Shown here one piece after another: positions 1-5,418 of a DNA stretch of 5,418 nt; positions within the stretch are counted from its first letter, which is position 1, and each line of letters begins with the position of its first letter. The DNA is from a virus (lineage: Duplodnaviria; Heunggongvirae; Uroviricota; Caudoviricetes). Below the pieces are notes generated by a model, which did no database searches, was not told where the DNA came from, and worked only from the letters and a program-made list of their open reading frames with translations. The stretch is from the IMG/VR virus record IMGVR_UViG_2541047960_000010, one strand, 5' to 3'. A program made the position numbers and the translations under genes.

Positions 1-1143
1 CTATGCTGTTTTGATATCTACGATAATCCAGTCTTTACCACGATCATCATTGTATCGGTCGGTCATTTTTCTGGATTTATGGCCTAACAACTTTTGCGTA
101 TCCAGACCCTGTTCCCGATATAACCGTTCTGACAGAGATCGCTGCTCATGAAATGTGGGCGCAGTTCCTGGCTCCCATTTTATGCCACATTTTTCCCTGG
201 CCTTTTTAAAAGCCGTTGTAAGAGTATTTGCAGAAACCTGGTCTCCTCTGTTTGCTTGAGAGGTAGTGTGACGGTAATGGACCAGATATTTACTAACAAC
301 AGCATCCCTGCACTGAGATATAACTTCACGAAGGGTAATATTTAGAGCATCGCATTTCAGGCTAAGCGGAATAGCAAGTTTTGAACCGGTTTTTTCCTGA
401 GTAATGTGCAACATGTCGTCCCATATATCAGAGAATTTCAAATTGCAGATATCGCCTAAACGTTGTCCAGTAACAAGAGCAAGTAGCATGCCGCATTTTA
501 AATAGGGCTGCCGTCTGCTTACGCTTTCAAATATTGCCTGCCATTCGGGCAGTGATAATCTTTGGCGGTTTACTCGATTTCGCGGTTGTTTTGTTGCCTG
601 CGCTGGGTTAAATCCTGGCGGAACATGTCCTGCGTGTTGTGCTTCTTTGAAGACGTCGATCAACACCATTCTCACGACTTGCGCCATCCTGTTATGACCT
701 TCAGCCTTTACAGCATCAATTATTTCGGCAATATCAAGTGCGGTAATATCCTTGAGGTGTTGCATTCCACAATGCTCACGGAAAAGACGAATGGGTTTAC
801 CTTTTTGCCGATAGGAGTTGGGTTTTAGTTCATTATGTTGCAGCCTGTCCTCCTGGATAGAAATATATTTATCAAGCCATTCTGTCACCGTAATGTCTGA
901 GCGCCTGCCTTTCATTCTTTCTAGACGCTCATTGACGCTTAATATTTGTCGGGTACGTTGTTCAGCAATAATGGTATTTGCTTCAGTAGCAACTTGTTTT
1001 GCTTCATTCTCATCAGTTCCTAAGCTATGAAAACGACCGGATAGTGGATGTTTGTATTGCCAATATACCTTTCCGGTTCGCTTATCTAATTTGCAATATA
1101 AATTGGGTATAGAGATTTTGTGAGATCGGGGTCTAGCAGCCAT
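1..1143 (-). CDS. int: Lambda-family tyrosine integrase (site-specific recombinase), complete; stop codon at window bases 1-3
   Basis: 380-aa ORF. N-terminal arm-binding-like region (MAARPRSHKISIPNLY...) resembles lambda Int (MGRRRSHERRDLPPNLY...). Catalytic signature in lambda-like context: Arg in LVTGQRLGDI, His-x-x-Arg in FHEQRSLSERL, and LLGHKSRKMTDRY carrying the nucleophilic Tyr. Start overlaps the upstream xis by 11 nt, as is typical for xis-int pairs. Clearly divergent from lambda Int, so a different att specificity is expected. Confidence 0.9.
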   Translation of the reverse strand: MAARPRSHKISIPNLYCKLDKRTGKVYWQYKHPLSGRFHSLGTDENEAKQVATEANTIIAEQRTRQILSVNERLERMKGRRSDITVTEWLDKYISIQEDRLQHNELKPNSYRQKGKPIRLFREHCGMQHLKDITALDIAEIIDAVKAEGHNRMAQVVRMVLIDVFKEAQHAGHVPPGFNPAQATKQPRNRVNRQRLSLPEWQAIFESVSRRQPYLKCGMLLALVTGQRLGDICNLKFSDIWDDMLHITQEKTGSKLAIPLSLKCDALNITLREVISQCRDAVVSKYLVHYRHTTSQANRGDQVSANTLTTAFKKAREKCGIKWEPGTAPTFHEQRSLSERLYREQGLDTQKLLGHKSRKMTDRYNDDRGKDWIIVDIKTA

Positions 1144-1369
1144 CAGCGATTATCCGTTGGAGTTTTGGGTTTGCGTTTATTGGGAGTTGCGGTTCTGCAA
1201 GCGTTCCTACAAAACGGGAATTTCGGTCAATCATCCAGTAGCGACCAACTTTTATAGCGGGTGGGGCCATCATTTTCCCTTGCGCGTATTTTTTCAGAAC
1301 TCGCTCACTTGGTGCTAAGTCCCCAAATTCTTCTTTAGCCCAGTCCTGTAAAGTGATTAGTCGAGACAT
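1133..1369 (-). CDS. xis: Excisionase, lambda Xis-like winged-helix directionality factor
   Basis: 78-aa ORF immediately upstream of and overlapping int. N-terminus MSRLITLQDW and PPAIKVGRYWMI parallel lambda Xis MYLTLQEW and PPPVKDGREYLF. Strong RBS (AGGAGG, about 5 nt before the ATG at 1369). Confidence 0.75.
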   Translation of the reverse strand: MSRLITLQDWAKEEFGDLAPSERVLKKYAQGKMMAPPAIKVGRYWMIDRNSRFVGTLAEPQLPINANPKLQRIIADGC

Positions 1370-1508
1370 TTGTCCTCCTCTTAGCTGCTGAGGGAGTTTG
1401 TGACCGATATATCTGACATGATATTAAGCTCATGGCAGGTACATCTCTTGACTGGTCATAGAGATAAATTTAATGCTGAGAAATGCAGTATTGAATTTAT
1501 CAATTTTT

Positions 1509-1748
1509 CTATTTCCTGCGTATGGCACGTAACTTCTTAATGTGTTCTGCTGTATCGATCTCTTCGGCTATCCGATCTGCATCAGCTTTATTCACAGGTT
1601 CAAAGTCATGATTAAAGCGGAACATGCTGGCGATACATGTTCTGCCTTTTTGGATGTAGTGAACTTTGTTGTGGGTAGAACGCAGGATTTTGCAGGGAGT
1701 GCCGTGGTGGTCGACGTACCAGGTGTTAGGAAAAATGATTCTGAACAT
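1509..1748 (-). CDS. Hypothetical small protein (79 aa), accessory early-left cargo
   Basis: Open frame with an ATG at 1748 preceded by GAGGTG at about 6 nt; same orientation as the operon and tightly packed (47-nt gap to the upstream gene). No family recognised from the sequence alone. Confidence 0.5.
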   Translation of the reverse strand: MFRIIFPNTWYVDHHGTPCKILRSTHNKVHYIQKGRTCIASMFRFNHDFEPVNKADADRIAEEIDTAEHIKKLRAIRRK

Positions 1749-1795
1749 TTTTACACCTCAGTTGGACGATGTTGAAATTTGCTGCTTTGAGGCCA

Positions 1796-2014
1796 TTACA
1801 ATCCCCATTGTTTGTTCTTAAGTTCGATCTCCTCCTGGCAACTTGCACAAGTCCGACAACCCTGAACGGCCAGGCGTCTTCGCTCATCTATGGGATCGCC
1901 ACACTCACAACAATGAGTGGCAGATATAGCCTGGTGGTTCAGGCGGCGCATTTTTATTGCTGTGTTGCGCTGTAATTCTTCAATTTCTGATGCTGAATCA
2001 ATGATGTCTGCCAT
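1796..2014 (-). CDS. DksA/TraR-family C4 zinc-finger protein (phage TraR-like regulator of host RNA polymerase)
   Basis: 72-aa ORF with a Cx2C-x(17)-Cx2C motif (CCECGDP...GCRTCASC) near the C-terminus, preceded by a helical N-terminal region. Size and motif arrangement match F-plasmid TraR and the lambda orf73 type. Confidence 0.8.
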   Translation of the reverse strand: MADIIDSASEIEELQRNTAIKMRRLNHQAISATHCCECGDPIDERRRLAVQGCRTCASCQEEIELKNKQWGL

Positions 2015-2073
2015 CTTCCATTAATCCCTGAATTGTTGGTTAATACGCTTGAGGGTGAATGCGAATAATAGAA

Positions 2074-2092
2074 AAGGAGCCTGTAGCTCCCT
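2074..2092 (-). terminator. Candidate intrinsic terminator or attenuator hairpin on the leftward transcript
   Basis: Minus-strand RNA reads AG-GGAGC-UACAG-GCUCC-UU followed by a U-rich tail (UUCUAUUAUU): a 5-bp GC-rich stem extendable to 7 bp with one G-U and one A-U pair, 5-nt loop. It sits 21 nt downstream of the 71-aa ORF stop and before the TraR-like gene. The stem is short, so this is weak. Confidence 0.25.
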
Positions 2093-2112
2093 GATGATTT
2101 TGCTTTTCATGT

Positions 2113-2328
2113 TCACCGTTCCTTAAAAACGCCGTTTAACATGCCGATCGCTAGGCTTAAATGAGTCGGTGTGAATCCCATCAGCGTTACCGTTTCGCGG
2201 TGCTTCTTCAGTACGCTACGGCAAATGTCATCGACGTTTTTATCCGGAAACTGCTGTCTGGCTTTTTTGATTTCACAATTAGCCTGACGGGCAATGCTGC
2301 GAAGGGCGTTATTATGTTCTATTGTCAT
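2113..2328 (-). CDS. Hypothetical small protein (71 aa), immediately downstream of the TGT-fold gene
   Basis: The six-frame track gives a 117-aa ORF (2113..2466), but its first 46 codons overlap the end of the 250-aa gene in another frame. The internal ATG at 2328 sits 7 nt after that gene's stop with GAGG spaced 5 nt (TGAGGCCAAT-ATG), so the 71-aa product MTIEHNNALRSIARQ... is the better model. Confidence 0.5.
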   Translation of the reverse strand: MTIEHNNALRSIARQANCEIKKARQQFPDKNVDDICRSVLKKHRETVTLMGFTPTHLSLAIGMLNGVFKER

Positions 2329-2335
2329 ATTGGCC

Positions 2336-3088
2336 TCACACTTCGAATGCCAGCTGAGGGGTAAAGACGTCCCGTTCAGCGTTGTAATTAAGTGAACTGG
2401 CACTGTTGAATGATTCAATGCGTTCCACAAGAACTTGCGTACGGGTTTCTTTACTTGCGGGAGCATATGGCGAACCTACCCAGGATTTGTCGATGCCTAT
2501 ATTTCTTGCGACGTTCGTGCTGTCTGCAGACGAAAGCGGTACATGAGTAAAAATGTCTTTATTTAACATCCGTAACCCATGAATCTTGGTGATTGGGTAG
2601 CCGTACTGATCTACAACATGACGTATAAGATCGCGTAGTTTAGCCCGACACGCTCTCGGTCGTTTTGCATCGTATTCCCCCATCGAGCCGATGCAGACGC
2701 GGGGAAACTCATGGCACAGACGAATAAATCGCTCATCTGGTTCGTTCATGTGCCACACCGGAGCACCAATAAATTTACCGTGAGGCCATGCCGCAATCAG
2801 GGCGTCATTCTCTTCACTGGTTCCGCCGATAACATCCGGGATAACCGCGAATGAGAAACGAGGGTGATTACCCCAGCGTTCAACAAATCTGTAATATTCA
2901 TTCCAGTCTACGGCCTTGTTTTTTGTCCAGAATGTGAATGCACCATTATCAAGAGCAAATGATTGGGTGACTTCGGAAGCCAGATCAATCTGAGCTGGAT
3001 TAGCAAAACTGATGAATGCGTGTCTGCCTTTCCAGGCTTTCAACGCACAGGTATCGGGAGTTATTGGACCACCGTGAAAATGAATCAT
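2336..3088 (-). CDS. TGT-fold (tRNA-guanine transglycosylase superfamily) protein lacking the zinc subdomain; putative DpdA-like DNA 7-deazaguanine transglycosylase
   Basis: 250-aa ORF, RBS GGGAGAG before the ATG at 3088. Motifs line up in order with the TGT TIM-barrel active-site elements of Zymomonas TGT: FALDNGAF vs LTDSGGYQ (Asp102 region), AVIPDV vs MAFDE (Asp156 region), CIGSMGEY vs AVGGLAVGE, and SSADSTNVARNIG vs MFDCVLPTRSGRNG (nucleophile Asp280 region). No CxCxxC...H zinc motif. The CDS call is solid; the functional assignment is by motif only. Confidence 0.6.
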   Translation of the reverse strand: MIHFHGGPITPDTCALKAWKGRHAFISFANPAQIDLASEVTQSFALDNGAFTFWTKNKAVDWNEYYRFVERWGNHPRFSFAVIPDVIGGTSEENDALIAAWPHGKFIGAPVWHMNEPDERFIRLCHEFPRVCIGSMGEYDAKRPRACRAKLRDLIRHVVDQYGYPITKIHGLRMLNKDIFTHVPLSSADSTNVARNIGIDKSWVGSPYAPASKETRTQVLVERIESFNSASSLNYNAERDVFTPQLAFEV

Positions 3089-3243
3089 ACACTCTCCCGT
3101 TTATTATTTATCTCCTCAGCCAGTCGCTGGGCTTTCAGCGGATTTCGGATAACAGAAGGCCCGGGAAATACCCAGCCTCGCTTTGTAACGGAGTAGACGA
3201 AAGTGATCGCACCTACCCGGATATTATCGTGAGGATGCTTCAT
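3085..3243 (-). CDS. Small ORF (52 aa) translationally coupled between exo and the TGT-fold gene; in the position of lambda orf60a
   Basis: Not in the supplied ORF track (too short). Its ATG (3243..3241) overlaps the exo stop as ATGA, and its TGA (3087..3085) overlaps the next gene's ATG as ATGA. Translation: [52 protein letters not shown]. An in-frame ATG two codons upstream (3249) is an alternative start. Confidence 0.5.
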   Translation of the reverse strand: MKHPHDNIRVGAITFVYSVTKRGWVFPGPSVIRNPLKAQRLAEEINNKRESV

Positions 3244-3920
3244 CGCCATTGCTCCCCAAATACAAAACCAATTTCAGCCAGTGCCTCGTCCATTTTTTCG
3301 ATGAACTCCGGCACCATCTCGTCAAAACTCGCCATGTACTTTTCATCCCGCTCAACCACGACATAATGCAGTCCTTCACGCTTCATACGCGGGTCATAGT
3401 TGGCAAAGTACCAGGCATCTTTTCGCGTCACCCACATGCTGTACTGCACCTGGGCCATGTAAGCTGACTTTATGGCCTCGAAACCACCGAGCCGGAACTT
3501 CATGAAATCCCGGGAGGTAAACGGGCATTTCAGTTCAAGGCCGTTGCCGTCACTGCATAAACCATCTGGAGAGCAGGCGGTACGCATACTTTCGTCGCGA
3601 TAGATGATCGGGGATTCAGTAACATTCACGCCGGAAGTGAACTCAAACAGGGCTCTGGCGTCGTTCTCGTACTGTTTTCCCCAGGCCAGCGCTTTAGCGT
3701 TAACTTCCGGAGCCACACCGGTGCAAACCTCAGCAAGCAGGGTGTGGAAGTAGGACATTTTCATGTCAGGCCACTTTTTTCCGGAGCGGGGTTTTGCTAT
3801 TACGTTATGAACTTCTGAAGCTGTGATGACGCCGAGCCGTAATTTGTACCACGCATCATCCCCCTGTTCGACAGCTCTCACGTCGATCCCGGTACGCTGC
3901 AGGATAATGTCCGGTGTCAT
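3240..3920 (-). CDS. exo: Lambda exonuclease (Red-alpha), 5'-3' dsDNA exonuclease
   Basis: 226-aa ORF whose translation ([24 protein letters not shown]...[11 protein letters not shown]) matches phage lambda Exo in length and nearly residue for residue, as recalled. Start ATG overlaps the bet stop (ATGA). Confidence 0.95.
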   Translation of the reverse strand: MTPDIILQRTGIDVRAVEQGDDAWYKLRLGVITASEVHNVIAKPRSGKKWPDMKMSYFHTLLAEVCTGVAPEVNAKALAWGKQYENDARALFEFTSGVNVTESPIIYRDESMRTACSPDGLCSDGNGLELKCPFTSRDFMKFRLGGFEAIKSAYMAQVQYSMWVTRKDAWYFANYDPRMKREGLHYVVVERDEKYMASFDEMVPEFIEKMDEALAEIGFVFGEQWR

Positions 3921-4702
3921 GCTGCCACCTTCTGCTCTGCGGCTTTCTGTTTCAGGAATCCAAGAGCTTTTACTGCTTCGGCCTGTGTCAGTTCTGACGA
4001 TGCGCGAATGTCGCGGCGAAATATCTGGGAACAGAGCGGCAATAAGTCGTCATCCCATGTTTTGTCCAGGGCAATCAGCAGAGTGTTAATCTCCTGCATG
4101 GTTTCATCGTTAACCGGAGTGATGTCGCGTTCCGGCTGGCGTTCTGCAGTGTATGCGGTATTTTCGACAATGCGCTCGGCTTCATCCTTGTCATAGATAC
4201 CAGCAAATCCGAAGGCCAGGCGGGCACACTGAATCATGGCTTTATGCCGTAACATCCGTTTGGGATGCGACTGCCACGGGCCGGTGATTTCTCTGCCTTC
4301 GCGGGTTTTGCATGGTTCGCGGCGGCATTCATCCATCCACTCGGTAACGCAGATCGGATGATTGCGGTCTTTGCGGTAAATCCGGCATGTACATGATTCA
4401 TTGTCCTGCTCAAAGTCCATACCATCAAACTGCTGGTTTTCATTGATGATGCGGGACCAGCCATCAACGCCCACCACCGGAACAATGCCGTTCTGCTTAT
4501 CAGGGAAGGCGTAAATTTCTTTCGTCCACGGATTAAGGCCGTACTGGTTGGCGACGATCAACAATGCGATGAACTGCGCATCGCTGGCATCACCTTTAAA
4601 TGCCGTCTGGCGAAGAGTGGTGATCAGTTCCTGTGGGTCGACAGAATCCATGCCGACACGTTCAGCCAGCTTCCCTGCCAGCGTTGCGAGTGCTGTACTC
4701 AT
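3917..4702 (-). CDS. bet: Lambda Beta (Red-beta) single-strand annealing protein
   Basis: 261-aa ORF ([59 protein letters not shown]...) matches lambda Bet in length and sequence as recalled. Sits between gam and exo as in lambda. Confidence 0.95.
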   Translation of the reverse strand: MSTALATLAGKLAERVGMDSVDPQELITTLRQTAFKGDASDAQFIALLIVANQYGLNPWTKEIYAFPDKQNGIVPVVGVDGWSRIINENQQFDGMDFEQDNESCTCRIYRKDRNHPICVTEWMDECRREPCKTREGREITGPWQSHPKRMLRHKAMIQCARLAFGFAGIYDKDEAERIVENTAYTAERQPERDITPVNDETMQEINTLLIALDKTWDDDLLPLCSQIFRRDIRASSELTQAEAVKALGFLKQKAAEQKVAA

Positions 4703-4707
4703 CCGTT

Positions 4708-5004
4708 TTATACCTCTGAATCAATATCAGCCTGATGGTGAGCAATGGTTTCAACTATGTACCGGATGTGTTCTGCCATGCGCTCCTGAAACTCAACATC
4801 GTCATCAAACGCACGGGTAATGGCTTTTTTGCTGGCCCCGTGGCGTTGTAAATGATCGATGCATAGCGATTCAAACAGGTGCTGGGGCAGGCCTTTTTCC
4901 ATGTCGTCTGCCAGTTCTGCCTCTTTCTCTTCACGGGCGATCTGCTGGTAGTGACGCGCCCAGCTCTGAGCCTCAAGACGATCCTGAATGTAATAAGCGT
5001 TCAT
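4708..5004 (-). CDS. gam: Gam, host RecBCD nuclease inhibitor (short 98-aa form)
   Basis: 98-aa [24 protein letters not shown]... matches the C-terminal 98 residues of lambda Gam. RBS AGGAG 7 nt upstream of the ATG. The region upstream still encodes ...IFRSSAM in frame (lambda has ...YFRSSAM) but is closed by an in-frame TAA at 5061..5059, so only the short form can be made. Confidence 0.9.
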   Translation of the reverse strand: MNAYYIQDRLEAQSWARHYQQIAREEKEAELADDMEKGLPQHLFESLCIDHLQRHGASKKAITRAFDDDVEFQERMAEHIRYIVETIAHHQADIDSEV

Positions 5005-5079
5005 GGCTGAACTCCTGAAAATGGCTGTGAAAATATCGCCCGCGAAATGCCAGGCTGATTAGGAAAACAGGAAAGGGGG

Positions 5080-5223
5080 TTAGTGAATGCTTTTGCTTGA
5101 TCTCAGTTTCAGTATTAATATCCATTTTTTATAAGCGTCGACGGCCTCACGAAACATCTTTTCATCGCCAATAAAAGTGGCGATAGTGAATTTAGTCTGG
5201 ATAGCCATAATTGTTTGATCCAT
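5080..5223 (-). CDS. kil: Kil, host cell-division (FtsZ) inhibitor, 47 aa
   Basis: The supplied 87-aa ORF starts with a TTG and its first 40 codons are the cIII region read in another frame. From the internal ATG at 5223 the product [47 protein letters not shown] matches lambda Kil (47 aa) as recalled. AGGAG lies upstream. Confidence 0.85.
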   Translation of the reverse strand: MDQTIMAIQTKFTIATFIGDEKMFREAVDAYKKWILILKLRSSKSIH

Positions 5224-5343
5224 TTTTGGGGACTCCTGGCTGATTGAGTATGTCGATAAGGCGTTTCCATCCGTCACGTAATTTACGGGTGATTCGTTCA
5301 AGTAAAGATTCGGAAGGGCAGCCAGCAACAGGCCACCCTGCAA
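5192..5343 (-). pseudogene. cIII: cIII remnant: 5'-truncated by IS insertion, start codon and RBS lost
   Basis: Minus-strand frame overlapping the kil start translates to [50 protein letters not shown]-stop, which matches lambda CIII from residue 5 to the end (lambda begins MQYAIAGW...). Upstream of the Ile codon the sequence becomes the IS terminus, and no ATG, GTG or TTG exists in frame before the upstream stop at 5371..5369. The junction position is uncertain by about 1 nt. Confidence 0.7.
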
Positions 5344-5418
5344 TGAACCGCCCCGGGAATCCTGGAGACTAAACTTCCTGAGAAAGAGGTAAACAGGATG
5401 ACTAAAAATACTCGTTTT
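5344..5418 (+). mobile_element. Left end of an IS3-family insertion sequence (IS629 / IS1203 / IS3411-like), continuing beyond the window
   Basis: Sequence from 5344 (TGAACCGCCCCGGGAATCCTGGAGACTAAACTTCCTGAGAAAGAGGTAAACAGG-ATG...) matches my recollection of the IS629-group terminal inverted repeat (IS3-family 5'-TG terminus) followed by the orfA RBS and start. It begins exactly where homology to lambda cIII stops. Confidence 0.75.
5398..5418 (+). CDS. IS3-family transposase OrfA, N-terminal 7 codons only (truncated by window end)
   Basis: ATG at 5398 preceded by AAGAGG at about 8 nt. Encodes MTKNTRF, the characteristic N-terminus of IS629-group OrfA (MTKNTRFSPEV...). Confidence 0.7.

Noticed and set aside
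148-1030. Three plus-strand ORFs (148..345, 562..828, 818..1030)
   Set aside because: All lie entirely within the integrase gene on the opposite strand, have no recognisable RBS or family features, and are best explained as antisense frames.
1448-1476. Promoter-like TTGACT with 17-bp spacer on the plus strand in the xis/79-aa ORF intergenic region
   Set aside because: The candidate -10 (TAATGC) lacks the conserved final T and would drive antisense transcription with no downstream plus-strand gene. Too weak to call.
1542-1975. Plus-strand ORFs 1542..1775, 1769..1975 and 2161..2364
   Set aside because: They are antisense to the 79-aa ORF, the TraR-like gene and the 71-aa ORF, which have proper RBSs and operon context.
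2113-2466. 117-aa minus-strand ORF from the six-frame track
   Set aside because: Its first 46 codons overlap the 3' end of the 250-aa gene in a different frame. An internal ATG at 2328 with a well-spaced GAGG, just after the upstream stop, gives a more parsimonious 71-aa gene.
2963-3467. Plus-strand ORFs 2963..3196, 3016..3366 and 3249..3467
   Set aside because: They are antisense to the TGT-fold gene, the 52-aa ORF and exo; low-complexity translations with no family resemblance.
3823-4820. Plus-strand ORFs 3823..4089, 4008..4196, 4548..4820 and minus-strand ORF 4234..4485
   Set aside because: All are embedded in exo, bet or gam, whose identity is secure. They are alternative-frame or antisense artifacts.
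4755-4976. 73-aa minus-strand ORF inside gam
   Set aside because: An alternative frame within gam, Arg/Ser/Thr-rich and without a convincing start context; gam itself accounts for the region.
5080-5343. 87-aa minus-strand ORF (TTG start) containing kil
   Set aside because: The upstream 40 codons are the cIII region read in the kil frame and begin with a TTG at the IS junction. The real gene is the 47-aa Kil from the ATG at 5223; that frame stays open to the window edge only by chance through IS sequence.
1-5418. Scan for CRISPR arrays, tRNA/rRNA genes or long tandem repeats
   Set aside because: No direct-repeat/spacer periodicity, no tRNA-like cloverleaf segments and no extended tandem repeats were seen by eye; att-associated tRNA, if any, would be outside the window.

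Overview
This window is the leftward early arm of a lambdoid prophage, probably from E. coli or Shigella, with every phage gene on the minus strand. Reading right to left: a 5'-truncated cIII remnant, kil, gam (short form), bet, exo, a 52-aa coupled ORF, a TGT-fold (DpdA-like) transglycosylase candidate, a 71-aa ORF, a terminator-like hairpin, a TraR/DksA-type zinc-finger protein, a 79-aa ORF, xis and int (stop codon at bases 1-3, so the att site lies beyond the left edge). The exo-bet-gam-kil proteins match phage lambda as I recall it, whereas int/xis and the cargo between xis and exo do not, so the element is a mosaic. At the right edge (5344 onward) the sequence switches to the terminal repeat and orfA start of an IS3-family element (IS629-like) that has inserted into the 5' end of cIII. 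The most interesting feature is the cargo cassette between xis and exo: a minimal TGT-fold enzyme, translationally coupled to the Red recombination genes, which may be a DNA 7-deazaguanine transglycosylase relying on host preQ0. All identifications rest on reading the translations and on recalled family sequences and motifs; no database search was run.
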